Below, in pieces: positions 12,880 to 25,994 of a stretch of 64,000 nucleotides of DNA (within the stretch, counting starts at the first letter, position 1; every line of letters begins with the position of its first letter). The DNA is from Hemiscyllium ocellatum. Taxonomy: Eukaryota. Below the pieces are notes generated by a model, which saw only the letters and a list, made by a program, of their open reading frames with translations, had not been told where the DNA came from and made no database searches. Location of the stretch: the NCBI RefSeq assembly GCF_020745735.1, contig NC_083409.1:18744341-18808340 (forward strand). Direction: 5' to 3'. Position numbers and translations under genes: made by a program.

Positions 12880-15350
12880 AGAGTCATACAACAAATAAAT
12901 AGGCCCTTCTGTTTGTCGACATGTCGATGCCAATCAGTAATCACCAAACTCCATTTACCTGCACTTGGTCCATAGCCTTCCATGCCCTGGCATTTTATGT
13001 GCTCATCGGGATGTTTCTTAAATGTTGTGAGAAGACCTGCCTTCACCACCTTCTCAAACAGCACATTCCATATTTCTACCACCCTCTGGGGAAAAAACTC
13101 CTCAAAACCCCTCTAAACCATTTTTTCACACGGTAAGCTTATTCCTTCTGGTTATAGACATGTCTGACATGGGGAAAAGATTCTCACAATTGGCTTTGTC
13201 TATGCCTTTCATATTTGTGTATACCTCAATCAGATTCCCCCCAGAGAAAACATATACAGTCTATCCAGTCTCTCCTCATAACGAATACTTTCCATCCCAT
13301 GGAACATTCTGGTTAATCTCCTCTGCATCCTCTCTAGTTCAATTATGTTCTTCCAACAGTGTCATGACCAGAAATGTGCACAATATTCCAGACATGACCT
13401 AACCAATGTTCTGTCAGGTAACAACAAGAATTTCTACTTCCTGTATTCTACACCCTATCTAATAATGGCAAGCGTCCCATATGCCTTCTTCACCACCCTG
13501 TCTAGCTGTGCTGATACCTTCTGGGATTGATGGACTTGTACACCAAGGTCCCTTTGTTCCTCAGTACTCCCAAGGAACATAAGAACATAAGAACTAGGAG
13601 CAGGAGTAGGCCAAGTGTCCCTTCAACCCTGCTCTGCCATTCAATAAGATCATGACTGATCTTTTCAGCTCCCACATAAGACCATAAGACAAAGGAGTGA
13701 AAGTAAGGCCATTTGGTCCATCGAGTCGACTCTGCCATTCAATCATGGGTGATGGGCATTTAACGGCAGTTACCCACACTCTCCCTGTAGCCCTGTATTC
13801 ATTGCAAGATTAAGAATTTATCAATCTCTGCCTTGAAGACATTTAATATTTCAGCCGCCACTGTGCTCTGTGGCAATCAATTCCAAAGGCCAATGAATTC
13901 TAGCTGAAGAAATGTCTCCTCAGTTCTGTTTTAAACTGACCCACTCTAACTCTAAGGCTGTGCCCACGGGTCCTAGTACCCCCACCAAATGGAAACAATT
14001 TCCCAGCATCCAACATTTCAAAGCCATGCATTATCCTGTAATGTTTTATTAAATCTCCCCTTCGAAAGTCGAATGAATACAATCCCAGGATCCTCAGCCG
14101 TTCATCATATATTAGGCTTACCATTCCAAGGATCATCCATGTGAATCTCCACTGGACACGATCCAGTGTCAATATGTCCTTCCTGAGGTGTGGGGCCCAA
14201 AATTGGACTGAATGGGGCCTAACCAGAGCTTTATAAAGTCTCAGTAGCACATCTCATTTTACATTACAACCCTCTTGAGATAAATTAGGAAAAGTGAGGA
14301 CTGCAGATGCTGGAGATCAGAGCTGAAAAATGTGTTGCTGGAAAAGTGCAGCAGGTCAGGCATCATCCAAGGAGCAGGAGAATTGACGTTTCGGGCATAA
14401 GCCCTTCTTCATTCCTGCTGCGCTTTTCCAGCAGCATTTTTCAGCTCTTGAGATAAATGACAACATTACATTTGCTTTCTTTACCACAGATTCAACCTGC
14501 AAGTTAACCTTTAGAGAATCCGGGACTGGCATTCCCAGATCCCTTTGTACTTTGGCTTTATGAATTTTCTCACCGTTTAGAAAATTGTCCATGCCTGTAA
14601 TCTTTTTTCTAATGTGCAAGACCTGGCATTTGCTCTCACTGTATCTCTTAATTCCTTTAGTGTTCAAAAAAAATCTGTCTTAGCTTTAAAACATTTACTG
14701 AAGTAGCATCAATTTCTTCATTGAGCAAGGAATTTCAGAGATTTATGACCCTCTGGGTGAAGAGGTTCCTTCTCAATTCAGTCCTAAATCTGCTCCCCCT
14801 AATTTTGAGGTTAAACCCTCTTGTTTTAGTTTCATCTGCCAGTGAGAACATCCTCTCTACTTCTGTCTTATCTTTTCTCTTTATAATTTTATTTATTTCT
14901 ACAAGGTTCCCCTCATTCTTCTCAGTTCCAATGAATATATCCCAGTCTACGCAGTCTCCCTTCATAAGCCAACCCCCTCCACCCCAGAATCAGCCTGGTG
15001 AACTTTCTCTGCACCCCTCCAGTGCCAGTATTGCCTTTTGCAAGTAAGGAGACCATTACTGCACGCAGCACTCCAGGTGTGGCCTCACCAGCACCCTGTA
15101 CAGCTGCAACATAACCTTCCTGCTTTTTAAACTCAATCCCTTTAGCAATGAAAGACAAAATTCCATTTGCCTTCCTAATTGCTTGTTGTACCAGTAGATC
15201 AACCCTCTGTGATTCATGCATAAGGACACTCAAGGCACATGCCTTTCATTGTGTATAACCTTCCCTTATTAGATCTCCCAAGTTGGATCACCTCAGAGGT
15301 ATCAGGATTAAATTACATCTGCCATTGCTCTGCCCAATTTACCAGCTGAC
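12880..15350 (-). mobile_element. Stacked CR1 3' fragments
   Basis: Repeated minus-strand LYKALVRPH..VQFWAP, LRGDL and RGH motifs, each piece ending in a CR1-type 3' tail. Confidence 0.8.
14286..14444 (-). mobile_element. PLE-derived short insertion with 14-bp TSD and a truncated hammerhead motif
   Basis: Flanked by CTCTTGAGATAAAT at 14272-85 and 14445-58, inside a CR1. Confidence 0.8.
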
Positions 15351-15374
15351 CAATATCAGACTGTAGCCTGAGAC

Positions 15375-16140
15375 CCAGTAATCCAAGATGGCATCAGAGT
15401 AGGATGCTTCAGACCGAGTTCATCTGCTCTGTCTGTTTCTTTTTCTTCTTTCTATTCCACTTATCTTTTCCTTTTCTTTTGTGTTTTTCTTTTGTCCTTC
15501 TCCCTTATTTCTTCTCTCGGGCTCGGACTCCCAGCCTCAGTCGCCAGGCCTCTGACCCAGTGCAGAGCTAATAATGTGGCCTCTTGGCTTGGTGTGGCAG
15601 TGTCCTGGCCTGGCAGGGAGACCTTCCAGCCCGACGAGGCAGACTCTTGGTCCAACATGATGGCCTCTCAGTTTGATGAGGTGGCCTTTCAGCCCAGCAT
15701 GCTGGACTGTCAGCCCAGGCGTGATGGTCACTCGGCCGAGTGTAGTGATCTCTGAGTGGCCCAGAGTGGTTGTCTCTCAGCCCACATAGTGGTCCTTTCT
15801 GTATATGGTGGTCTCTCCACCCGGGAAGGCCTCAGTGCGGACTTCTGGTCTCGAGATGATGACTTAAAGTATTATCCCATGGTAGCTAAGTTCTTACGAA
15901 AGGCTCTAATACTTGAACTTTCAGCTTTATTTCTTCATTTTCTACTTAAAACTAAAAAGATCTGTAACGTGTAACTTTGAACTTTATCCTTTCTTTCTAC
16001 CTTGTTCTTAACGATTCTGTACTGAGGTCCTTGTACCTAAGATGGCGCCTTGTGAGGTGACGTTACATACTTTTCACTGTACTCCAATACTTTTGTACTC
16101 GAGTACACGTGACAATAAACTAAAATCAAATCAAATCAAT
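15375..16140 (+). mobile_element. Unclassified non-coding retroposon inserted in a CR1
   Basis: Starts near CAAGATGGC (15384) and ends in AATAAA (16114) plus (AAATC)3. CR1 RT sequence resumes on both sides. Confidence 0.5.
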
Positions 16141-16699
16141 ATCAATAACACCACCAATTTATGTGGCCTCTGAAAACTTTCTATTTATACAATCACAGTC
16201 AATTTGTTAATGTACATTACAAACAGCAAGGGTCCCAGCCCCAGGCCCTGTCTTACATCACTGGTCACAGGCTTCCAATCACAAAGACAACCCTCCACCA
16301 TCACTCTTTGCCTCATATTTGGATCCAATTTGCCAAAATGCCTTGGATCCCATGGGCTCTTAACATAACTCCAGGAAAGGCAACAGAGGTAGGCAAATAG
16401 TGCAGGAGTCTTCTGTGGCTATTCCCATTTCAAACAAGTATGCTGTTTTGGAAAATGCAGGGGGTGATGGAAACTCAGGGTACTTAGCATGAGCAGCCAA
16501 GTTTCTGGTATTGACACTGGCTCTAATGTAATAAGAGGGAGGTTGGGTTCCAAACAATCGACTGTGTTAGGGGACTCCCTAGCGTCCCGGCCTCCACTGC
16601 ACTCTGCGGCAATGAATTCCATTGGCCCACCGCTCTCTGGCTGAAGAAATGTCTCTGCATTTCTGTTCTGAAATTTGATATGTGGGAGGCTTTTAAAGA

Positions 16700-18760
16700 G
16701 AGGTTGACTAGAGTCAGGACAGACATGTCCAGCTGAAAATAAGGGATTGAATTGGCAGGATTAGGAAACGGTGGATGACAGATGAAATTGTGAGACTAGC
16801 TAAGAGGAAAAAGGATGCATACAGAAGGTCTAATTAGCTGAAAACAGACAAAGCTTTGGAAGAATATCGTGAAAGTAGGACCAATCTGAAGTGAGGAACT
16901 AAAAGGTCTAAAATGGGTCACAAAACATCATTCACAAACAGGATTAAGGAAAATCCCAAATCCTTTTATTCATATATAAGGAGCAAGAGGTGACTAGAGA
17001 AAGGGTTGGCCCACTCAAGGACAAAGGAGGAAGGTTATGTGTGGAGTCAGAGAAAATGGATGTGATTCTTAATGAGTGCTTTACGTCGGCATTCACCAAG
17101 GAGAGGGAAATGACAGATGTTGAAGTTGGGGATAGATGTTTGATTACTCAGGGTCAAGTCGGTTTAAGGAGGGAGGAAGTGTTGGGTATTTTAAAAGGCA
17201 TCAAGGTGGACAAGTCCCCAGGTCGGGACGGGATCGATCCCAGCTGACTGAGGGAAGCAAGAGAGGAAATAGCTTGGGGCCTTAATCGATATCTTTGTAG
17301 CAAGTTTGAACATGGATGAGGTCCCAGAGGACTGGAGAATTGCTCATGTTTAAGAAGGGTAGCCAGGATAATCCAGGTAACTATCAACCAGTGAGCCTGA
17401 TGTAGTGGTAGGGAAGCTGCTGGAGAAGATACTGAGGGATAAGATCTATTTACATTTGGACGAAAATTGACTTATCAGTTATAGGGAGCATGAAGCTGTG
17501 CAGGGAATGTCATGTCTTACCAACTTTATAGAATCTTTTGAAAAAGTGATGAAGTTGATTGATGAGGGAAGGGCTATGGATGTCATACACATGGATTTCA
17601 GGAATGCGTTTGATAAAGTTCCCCATGGCAGCCTGATGAAGCAATTTCAGTCGCATGGGGTCCAGAGTGTACTCACTAGATGGATAGAGAACAGGCTGGG
17701 CACCAGGAGACAGACAGTAGTAGTGGAAGGAGTTTCTCAAAATGGAGAACAGGAATCCATGCTGGTACCGCTCTTGTTTTGGAAAGACATAAATGATCTG
17801 GAGGAAGGTATAGGTGGTCTGATTAGCAAGTTTGCAGATGACACTGAGATTGGTGGAGTAGCAGATAGTGAAAGGGACTGTCAGAGAATGTAGCAGAATA
17901 TGGATAGATTGGAGAGTTGGGCAGAGAAATGGACAGATGGAGTTCAAACCAGGCAAATGCAATCTGATGAATTTTGGAAGATCCAAATCTGGAGTAAACT
18001 GTACGGTGAATGTAACACCCTGGGAAAATTGATGCCCAGAGAGACCTGGGTGTTCAGGTCCATTGTACCCTGGAGGTGACAACACAGATCGACAGAGTAT
18101 TCAAGAAGGCATATGGCATACCTTCCTTCACCAGACGTGGTATTCAGTACAAGAGTTGGAAGGTCATATTAGAATTATATCAGACTTTGGCTTGGCCACA
18201 TTTGGAATACTGTGTACAGTTCTGGTTGCCCCATTACCAGAAAGATGTGGATGCTTTGGAGAGGGTGCAGAGGAGGTTCACCAGGATTGCCTGGTATGGA
18301 GGGCACTAGCTATGAAGAGATGCTTAGTAGATTAGGATTATTTTCATTAGAAAGTTGAACGTTGAGGGGGGACCTGATTGGGGTCTACAAAATCATGAGA
18401 GATATAGACAGGGTGGATAGCAAGAAGCTTTTACCCAGAGTGGGGGACTCAATTGCTCTGGGTCATGAGTTCAAAGTGAGAGTGGAAACATTTCAGGGAG
18501 ATATGTATGGAAAGTTCTTCACACAGAAAGTGATTGATCCTGGAGCATGTTGCCAGTGGAGGTGGTAGAGGCAGGCACAATAGCATCATTTAAGATATAT
18601 CTAGATAGATACATGGATGGGCAGGGAGCAAAGGGAGACAGACCATTGGAAAATTGATGACAGGTTTAGATGGAGGATATGGACCAGTGCAGGCTAGTAG
18701 GGCCGAAGGGCCAGTTCTTGTGCTGTAATTTTCATTGCTCTTTGTTCTTTGAACTGAGGA
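16700..18760 (+). mobile_element. Degenerate CR1 ORF2 (RT) with 3' UTR
   Basis: KVDKSPGRDGI, DFRNAFDKVPH, SKFADDT and LEYCVQFW motifs with stops and frameshifts. Confidence 0.88.
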
Positions 18761-18769
18761 AGCACAAAG

Positions 18770-21090
18770 GAACAGAGTGATCTTGGGTGCTTCTCCACTG
18801 ATCCCTGAATATGGCAAGACAGGTTAACAGAGCAGTTATGAAGGCATAGGGGACACTTGCCTTTGTCATGTCAGGTATCGGTTATAAAAGCAGGAGGAGA
18901 TGTGGCAGTTAAGCAGAACATTGGTGAGGCCACAGCTGGAGTACTGTGTGCAGTTCAGGTCACCACACTGTTGGAAGGATGTGATTGCACTGGATGGGGT
19001 GCAGAGGGGAATCACCAGGATGTTGTGTGGGATGGAACCTCTCAGTGATGAAGAGAAATTGGATCATCTCGGGTTGTTTTCTTCAGAGCAGAGAAGGTGG
19101 AGGGGGGACCTGATAGAGGTGTATAAGGTTATGAGGGGAATGGACAGGGATGAGAGAAAGCAGCTGTTCTCCTTCTTGGGAGGGTCAATAACAAGTTGGC
19201 TCACATTCAATGTCAAAGATAGGAGATTTCAAGATGTTTTGAGGAAAGTGTTTTTTACCCAGAGGGTGGTGGGGGTTTGAAATGTACAGCCTGGGAAAGT
19301 AGTTGAGGTGGAAAACCTCACAAACTTTAAAAAGTTTGGGTGACCAGTTGAAATATCATAACATTCAAGCTATGGGCCTCCTGTTGGAAAGTGGGACTGG
19401 TACACGTTTAGTGCAGTTTGGCTGGTACACAGTTAATGGGCTGAAGGACCTCTTCTACACTGTGTGATTTTATGATTCTGTTGTGTGCAGTTTGGGTTTC
19501 CTTATCTGAGGAAGGATGTTCTGGCTGTGGAGAGAGGGCAGCGAAGGTTTACCAGACTGATTACTGGGAGGACAGCACTTAGATCTGATGAGAAACTGGA
19601 TCAGTTAGGACTATATTCACTGGGGGTTAGAAGATTGAGAGGAATCACATTGAAACCTGTAAAATCCTAAAAGGACAAGACCGGAAAACACAGGAATTAT
19701 GTTCCTGATGACTGGAGAGTCCAGAACCAGGAATTACAGTTTAAAGAATAGTGAAAGGCCATTTCGGACTGAGATGAGGAGACATTTCTTTAGCCAGAGA
19801 GTGGGAAGCTAGTGGAATATTCTGTCACAGAAAGCAGTTGAGCCCAAAACATTAAAAGTTTTCAAGAAGGCGACAGGTGTAGATCTTAGGACGAAAAGGA
19901 TTAAAAAGTGGGAACAGGGGACTAAATTGGATGATCAGCCATGGTCATATTGACTGGCAGAGCTGACTCGAAGGGCTGAATGGCCTCCTCTTGCTCCCAG
20001 TTCCTCTGTTTCTATGTTTGAGAGACTGTTCATAAACATGGAAACATATGGAATTATAGAGTCATAGAGTCATCGAGTCCTACAGCACAGAGACAGGCCC
20101 TTTGGTCCAAACAGGACCGTGCTGACCAAAATATCCATCCACACTAACCCCATTTCCCTGCATTTTGCTCATATCCTTCAAATTGCATACTGTCGATGTA
20201 TTTGTCCAAATGCCTTTTAAATGTTGTTAATGTACCCGCCTCAATCACTTTAGCTGGCAGCTCATTCCATACGACTACCACCCTCTGTGTAAAAATGTTG
20301 CCCCTCAGGTTCTCGTTTATTCTAACCTTCAACTGATGCCCTCTAGTCCTTGATTCCCCAACCCTGGGACAAAGACTGAGTGCATTGACCCTATCCATGT
20401 CTCTCAAGATCTTATACACTTCTAAAAGATTCCCCTTTCGTCTCCGACACTCTTAAGAATAATGTCCTAGCTTGCCTAAACTCTCCCAAAAACTCAGATG
20501 TTGAAACTTGGCAATATCCTTGTAAATTTATTCTGCACTCTTTCCAGTTTAATAATATCCTTCATATAACAAGGTGACCAAAACTGAGCACAATACTCCA
20601 AGTGCAGCCTCACCAACGTCATGTACAATTGAAACATAACTTCCCAACTTCTACACCCAGTGCCCTGACTGATGACGGCCAGTGTGCCAAAAGCCTTCTT
20701 CACTGCCCTGTCTAACTGTGACTCAACTTTCAGAGAACTGTGCACCTGAACTCCGAGATCCCACTGTTCCACTCCAGTCCTTAAGGCCTTACCATTCACC
20801 ATGAAACTCCTACCTTGATTTAACTTTCCAAAATGCAAGAACTCATACTTATCTACATTAACCTCAATTTATCATTTCTTTTCCCACTTCCACAGCTGAT
20901 CAAGGTCCTGCTACAATATCTGATAACCTTCTTCATTGTCCACAATACCAGCTATTGTAATGTTTTCTAAATCATTGATATTGATAACAAACAGTAATGG
21001 GCCCAGCATCAATCCTGAGGAACTCCACTAGACACAGGCCTCCAGTCTGACAAGTATCCTTCCACTAAGTCCGTCTGCTTTCTCCCATTC
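18770..21090. mobile_element. Cluster of CR1 3' fragments (18770-20040 on +, 20050-21090 on -)
   Basis: LEYCVQF and RGDL motifs with CR1 3' tails, in both orientations. Confidence 0.8.
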
Positions 21091-23660
21091 TCGTCAGTTA
21101 GAGAAAAGTATTTATCTTTGGTCAGAAATTAGTTTGGAGGTAGGAGACAGAGAGGAGGGATAATGTGTGTGCTCTCCAATGAGCAAAATGTGGATAGTGG
21201 TATCCCCAGGGAATTGGGCTGGAACCTTAGCATTTCACGATATTTCTAAATGACTTGGATGAAGGAATAGACAGCCATATATCCAAGATTGTTGATCACA
21301 CTGAGTGAGGCAGTTTGGAGGAGGTTACAGAGATAGGGAGAGTGAAGGACAGGGAGGGACTTGAGAACAAGGATGAGAATTTAAAAATCGAGATGTTGCT
21401 GGACCAGGAGCCAATGTAGGTACAGGGTGCAGGGGGTTGGAGGAATGGGATTTGGTGCGAGTTTGGATATGGGCAGTAGAATTTGGGATGAGCTGAAGGT
21501 CATGGAGGGCAGTGGCGGTGATGTGTGCAAGCACAACATTGGCATGGTCATGCTTGGAGTCCCATGGATATGACAGAGATTTTCAGTGGCTGATCTTTGT
21601 GCGATGGAGGATATGGGGCTCAGATCAGCCCCAAAGATGAGACCAAGTTTGTAAAGAGTCTGGTTGAGCAGCAGATAGTGCTCAGAGAGAGGGATGGAGT
21701 TGATAACAGGATCTGAAGGGGATGGCTTTGATCTTCCCAATGTGTTTCCTAGTGAGCCTGGCTCCTCAGTCCTGACTGCTCTTAGCTGCTGTGATTGTCA
21801 CTGATTGGACACTTATTATTAGAGATTCTGACCACAGCAGAAAGTCCCAGTGTAAAAAATAACTGCAAAGACTGTCAGAGCACAAGGTTGAAACTTCACC
21901 AAAAGAGGAAGTGAAAGAAGGAGCTCAGAGCAGCTGGACGTTTGTTACTGAGACGGGAGAAAACTGTGAACTGTCTGCGTTGCCTGGAATCTGACAGCAC
22001 AGGAGGCTGGTTCTGGGATTTATCTTTTCAGAAACAGCACAGTGATGGAAAAAAGGACAGTCACTCTCTCACAAACACATACGCCTGCACTCGGAGATCA
22101 GAAACAGAATCCAGCAGCAGCTCTGTCTCCAAGCTGTGAAACCTGCACAGAATTGTTCCCTCATTCAGTTTCTAACTGGCAGGATAGACCAAGCAGGGGA
22201 GGCAACACAGTGGTGTGTATAGTCGGAAGGGAGTTGCCCTGAGAGTCCTCACCATTAACTATGGAATCCATGAAGCCTCATGACAGCAGGTCAAACATGG
22301 GGAAGGAAACCTCCTGCTGATTACCACATAGCACCGCCCTCCGCTCCAAACTCAACTGAGCAGTCAGTCCTCCTCCATGTTGAACAACACTTGGAGGGAG
22401 CACCGAGGGTGGGAAGGATGCAGGATATACTCTGAGTAAGGGACTTCAAGGTCCACCATCAAGAGCTGCTCAGAAGCATCACTACTGAGCAAACTGGTCA
22501 AGTTCCACCTGATTCAGCTGCTAGACTGGACCTGGGGCAGGTGGTGAAGGGAACCAACAAGAGGGAAAAACATACTCACTATCACCCTCACCAACCTGCC
22601 TGCTGCTGGTGTATCTGTCCATGACAGTATCAGTAAGGGTGACCACCGCACAGTCTGTGTGGAGACAAAATCCCATCTTCACATTGAGATTACCTTACAT
22701 TTTGTTGGGCAAGAGATATGGGATGTCAGGAAGAACCTTTTTTTAGCAGCAATTGGTAATGACTTGGAAATTAGTGCCCATTCAGGTGAGGCAGGTGAAG
22801 ACACTCAGTGATTGCAATGGCAGATTGGATGGGCTCTTGATGGAAATAAACCTGCAAGGCCCTGGGGGTCGAGTAGGGGAGGGGGTGGGACTGACTGGAT
22901 TGTTCCATGAAATGACAGCATTTACACACTTAGTCTCACCTTTACACAATGACTGGGAGAAACAGACAAACCAGTTCACAGAAGTGTTTTCTCAAGCAAA
23001 ACACTCTTGAACCAACTCAGAGAACACACCAGTCTAGATTTACTAGAATAAATCAGCAAATCAATGGCAAGGGAACAGCGAACCAAAAGTGATGGAACTG
23101 AACAGTATATTCAATATCACAAACAACGAGAGAGGGAGGGATGAAGGGCAGGAAGGCAGAGAGTATACTCTCGGGGTCTGAAGGCTCTGCTGTCAGTGGT
23201 GGGATGGAGGAAGCAGCAATGGGTAGGAGACCAGAGACAGAAGGTGGAAGGGGGAGGGAGGGAATGTGAGTCTACAGCAGGACACAGAGTGAGGGAGGAG
23301 GGAGGCCATGGAGGCAATTGGCTGGCAGTGAGTTCGGGGTCATTCTTGAATGACGTCAGATGTCAGACAAGGAAGGCATCCTCCATATCAGACAAGTTGG
23401 GGTTTATGGAATGTGGCTTCAGGAAGCTGGGAGAGGACATTGGAATCATAGAGTCAGGAGGTGGGATGAGCAGGAATTGGGGTTTCTGTGGTCAAGAGGC
23501 TGAGGTAGTGCAGAGACAAACAATGTTGTGCAAATTGAAATCAAAGACCTACATAATGGAGAGGATGTGGGATTACAGCTCAGGTACTGGACAGTGCGGT
23601 AGGAAGGAGGCCCATGTTTACTGTTTATTGGTCCTATGGGAAGGTGCCCCATGTTTACAT

Positions 23661-24890
23661 CATCATAGAGTCATAGAGGTTTACAGCGTGGCAACAGGCC
23701 CTTCAGCTCTACTCATCCATGCCGACCAAGTTTCCAAAACTGAACTAGTCCCATCCGCATGCATTTGGCCCAATCCCCTCTAAATCCTTCCTATCCATGT
23801 TCCTGTAAAAATGTCCTTGAAATCTAGTAATTGTACTCGCCTCGACCACTTCCTCTGGCAGCTTATTACACATACACACTAACCTCTGTGTGAAAAGGTT
23901 GTCTCTCAGGCCCCTTCTAATTCTTTCCCCTCTCAACTTAAACTTATTCCTTCTCGTACTGGACTCTCCTACCCTGGGGGAAAAAAAACTTTGGCTCTTC
24001 ACCTTATTTATGGCCCTAATGATTCTATAAACCTGTCTAAGGTCAGCCCTCAATCTCCTGCATTCACTGTAAAAATCTCTCGGCCTATCCATCCTCGCCT
24101 TATAATTCAAACTCACCAACCTTGGTAACATCCCTGTTAATCTTTCTTTTATCCAAACCAGTGTAATAACTTCCTTCCTATAGCAGGGTGAGCAGGATTG
24201 TGCACAGTGTCCAAATGTGGCCTTCCCAATGCCTTGTACAGCTGTAACATGATGTCCCAGCTCCCGTACTCCCTGCTTTGATCAGTGAAGGTGAGCGTGC
24301 CAAATACCTTGTTCACCATCCTGTCTACCTGTGACACCACTTCCAAGGAAGTATGCACCTGTACCCCTCAGTCTCTCTGTTCAACAACACTCCCCATGGC
24401 TCTACCATTAATTGTGTAATTCCTGCCCTGGTTGGTCTTACTAAAATGCAACTCCTTGCATTTATCGAAATTAAGCTCCATCTGGATTTGTTGACCCACT
24501 GGCCCAGTTGATGAAGATGACATTGCATTCTTAGATAACCTTCTTCCCTGTCCATGATGCCAACAATTTTAATGTCAGCCACAAACTTACTGACCATTCC
24601 TGCTATTTTCTCATCCAAATTGTTCATATAAAATGATGAACAACAGTGGATCAAGGATCGATTCTTGTGGCAGACGGCTGGTCACTGGTCTCCAGTCTGA
24701 AGAACAACCCTCTCTCACCAGCCTCTGCCTCCTTCCATCAGGCCCATTTTATATCCAATTGGTTAGCTCTACCTGGATCCTCTGTGACTAAGCAGTCTAC
24801 AATGGGGAACCTTGTCTAAGGCCTTGCTAAAGTCCATGTCGACGATATGTACTGATCTATCTTAAGCTATCTATTTCTTCAAAATCTCAA
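23661..24890 (-). mobile_element. CR1 RT/3' fragment inserted into a minisatellite
   Basis: Minus-strand SKFVADIK and LYKALGRPH motifs, with the tail at about 23661-23680. Confidence 0.82.
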
Positions 24891-24899
24891 CTATCCACT

Positions 24900-25170
24900 T
24901 GTCTCCATTAGAAGGACAAGTGAATAGGAGGCCCACATTTACTGGTCTTCTTGGAGTATCCAGTCAGAAGGAGGTCCATGTTTACTGGTCTCCTTTGGAG
25001 AGTCCATTAGGAAGGAGGCCAACATTTATTGGTCTTTATTGGAGGCTCAAGCAGGAACAATGCCCATGTTTACTGGTCTCTATTGGGAGCTTCAGTGGGA
25101 AGGAGGCCCATGTCTCTCCATGGGGCACTCTCGTGAACTGACGTCCATGTTTACTGGACTCTGTTGGAGA
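24900..25170. repeat. Degenerate 43-44 bp minisatellite (core GGAGGCCCATGTTTACTGGTCTC)
   Basis: Units start at 24927, 24970, 25014, 25058 and 25102. Orphan units lie at about 23605-23660. Confidence 0.8.
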
Positions 25171-25994
25171 GTCCAGTGCATCGTGGACATCATGGTGGGT
25201 GTGGGGTTCAGTTCCTTTCTGTTGTAAATGTGTGATGGTCCAAGCGTCATCCCATTAAAACACCCTGACTCAGAGACTGATCGCGGAAGGGGAAGGAGAG
25301 GGGAAAGGATTGGAACATGTTGTGAATGGACAGGATGGGTCAGTGGGTCAGAGTCTCTCCTGTCCCTCCAGCTCACACTGATGGCCTGAGGATCTCCTCT
25401 CTCTGCTGGGCCTTCATGGAATGAGGTTTGTGTCCAAACCAGTCCCCAGTGAGAATAGGCCAACAGCACAGAACTGCCCTTCATTTAACAAGAATCTGTC
25501 CATCTTCCTGAGAGATACCAAAACCTGGTCAATGTGGAAATGGACCTTTACTCCAGGAGAAGACATGTTTCTTGGGTAAAGGGTTAACATTCATTTGTGG
25601 GGCGGAGCAGAGAGAGATTTATCCTGAATTCAACTGTCACCACCTGGGACACTGTGAGAAAGAGAGAGAAGCGACACAGAGAGAGAGAAATAGAGGTCAA
25701 GTGGGCTGCGGAGAAGGAGGGAGAGACAGAGGGAGAAATAGAGAGGGGTAGATAACATTTGGAGGCTTTCAATTGAAGTGAGAGATGGAGCGAGTGACAG
25801 AGACAGTGAGAGATGGAGAAAGATTATGAGACGGAGTGAGGAAGCGTGAGTGAGTTGGAGAGAGTGGCTATGAGACAGAGTGAGAGAGAGAGAATATGAG
25901 AGAGATTAACAGTGGGAGAGAGAGATAGATGTAGAGAGATCAAAGTAGCAGATGTGAGACAGAAAGGGGAAAAGAGAGAGAGAGAGAGAGAGAA

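Noticed and set aside
21750-22044. Decayed V-like pseudogene: one frame gives PGSSV..LSC, 13 codons, (TGA)-x-QQK, ..SGIY, then a heptamer
   Set aside because: The frame has 7 stops in about 85 codons and the Trp-to-Cys spacing (66 codons) is too long. The paralog at 4320-4423 shows that the GAATCTGACAGCACAGGAGG part is a CR1 3' tail, so the apparent V is a chimera.
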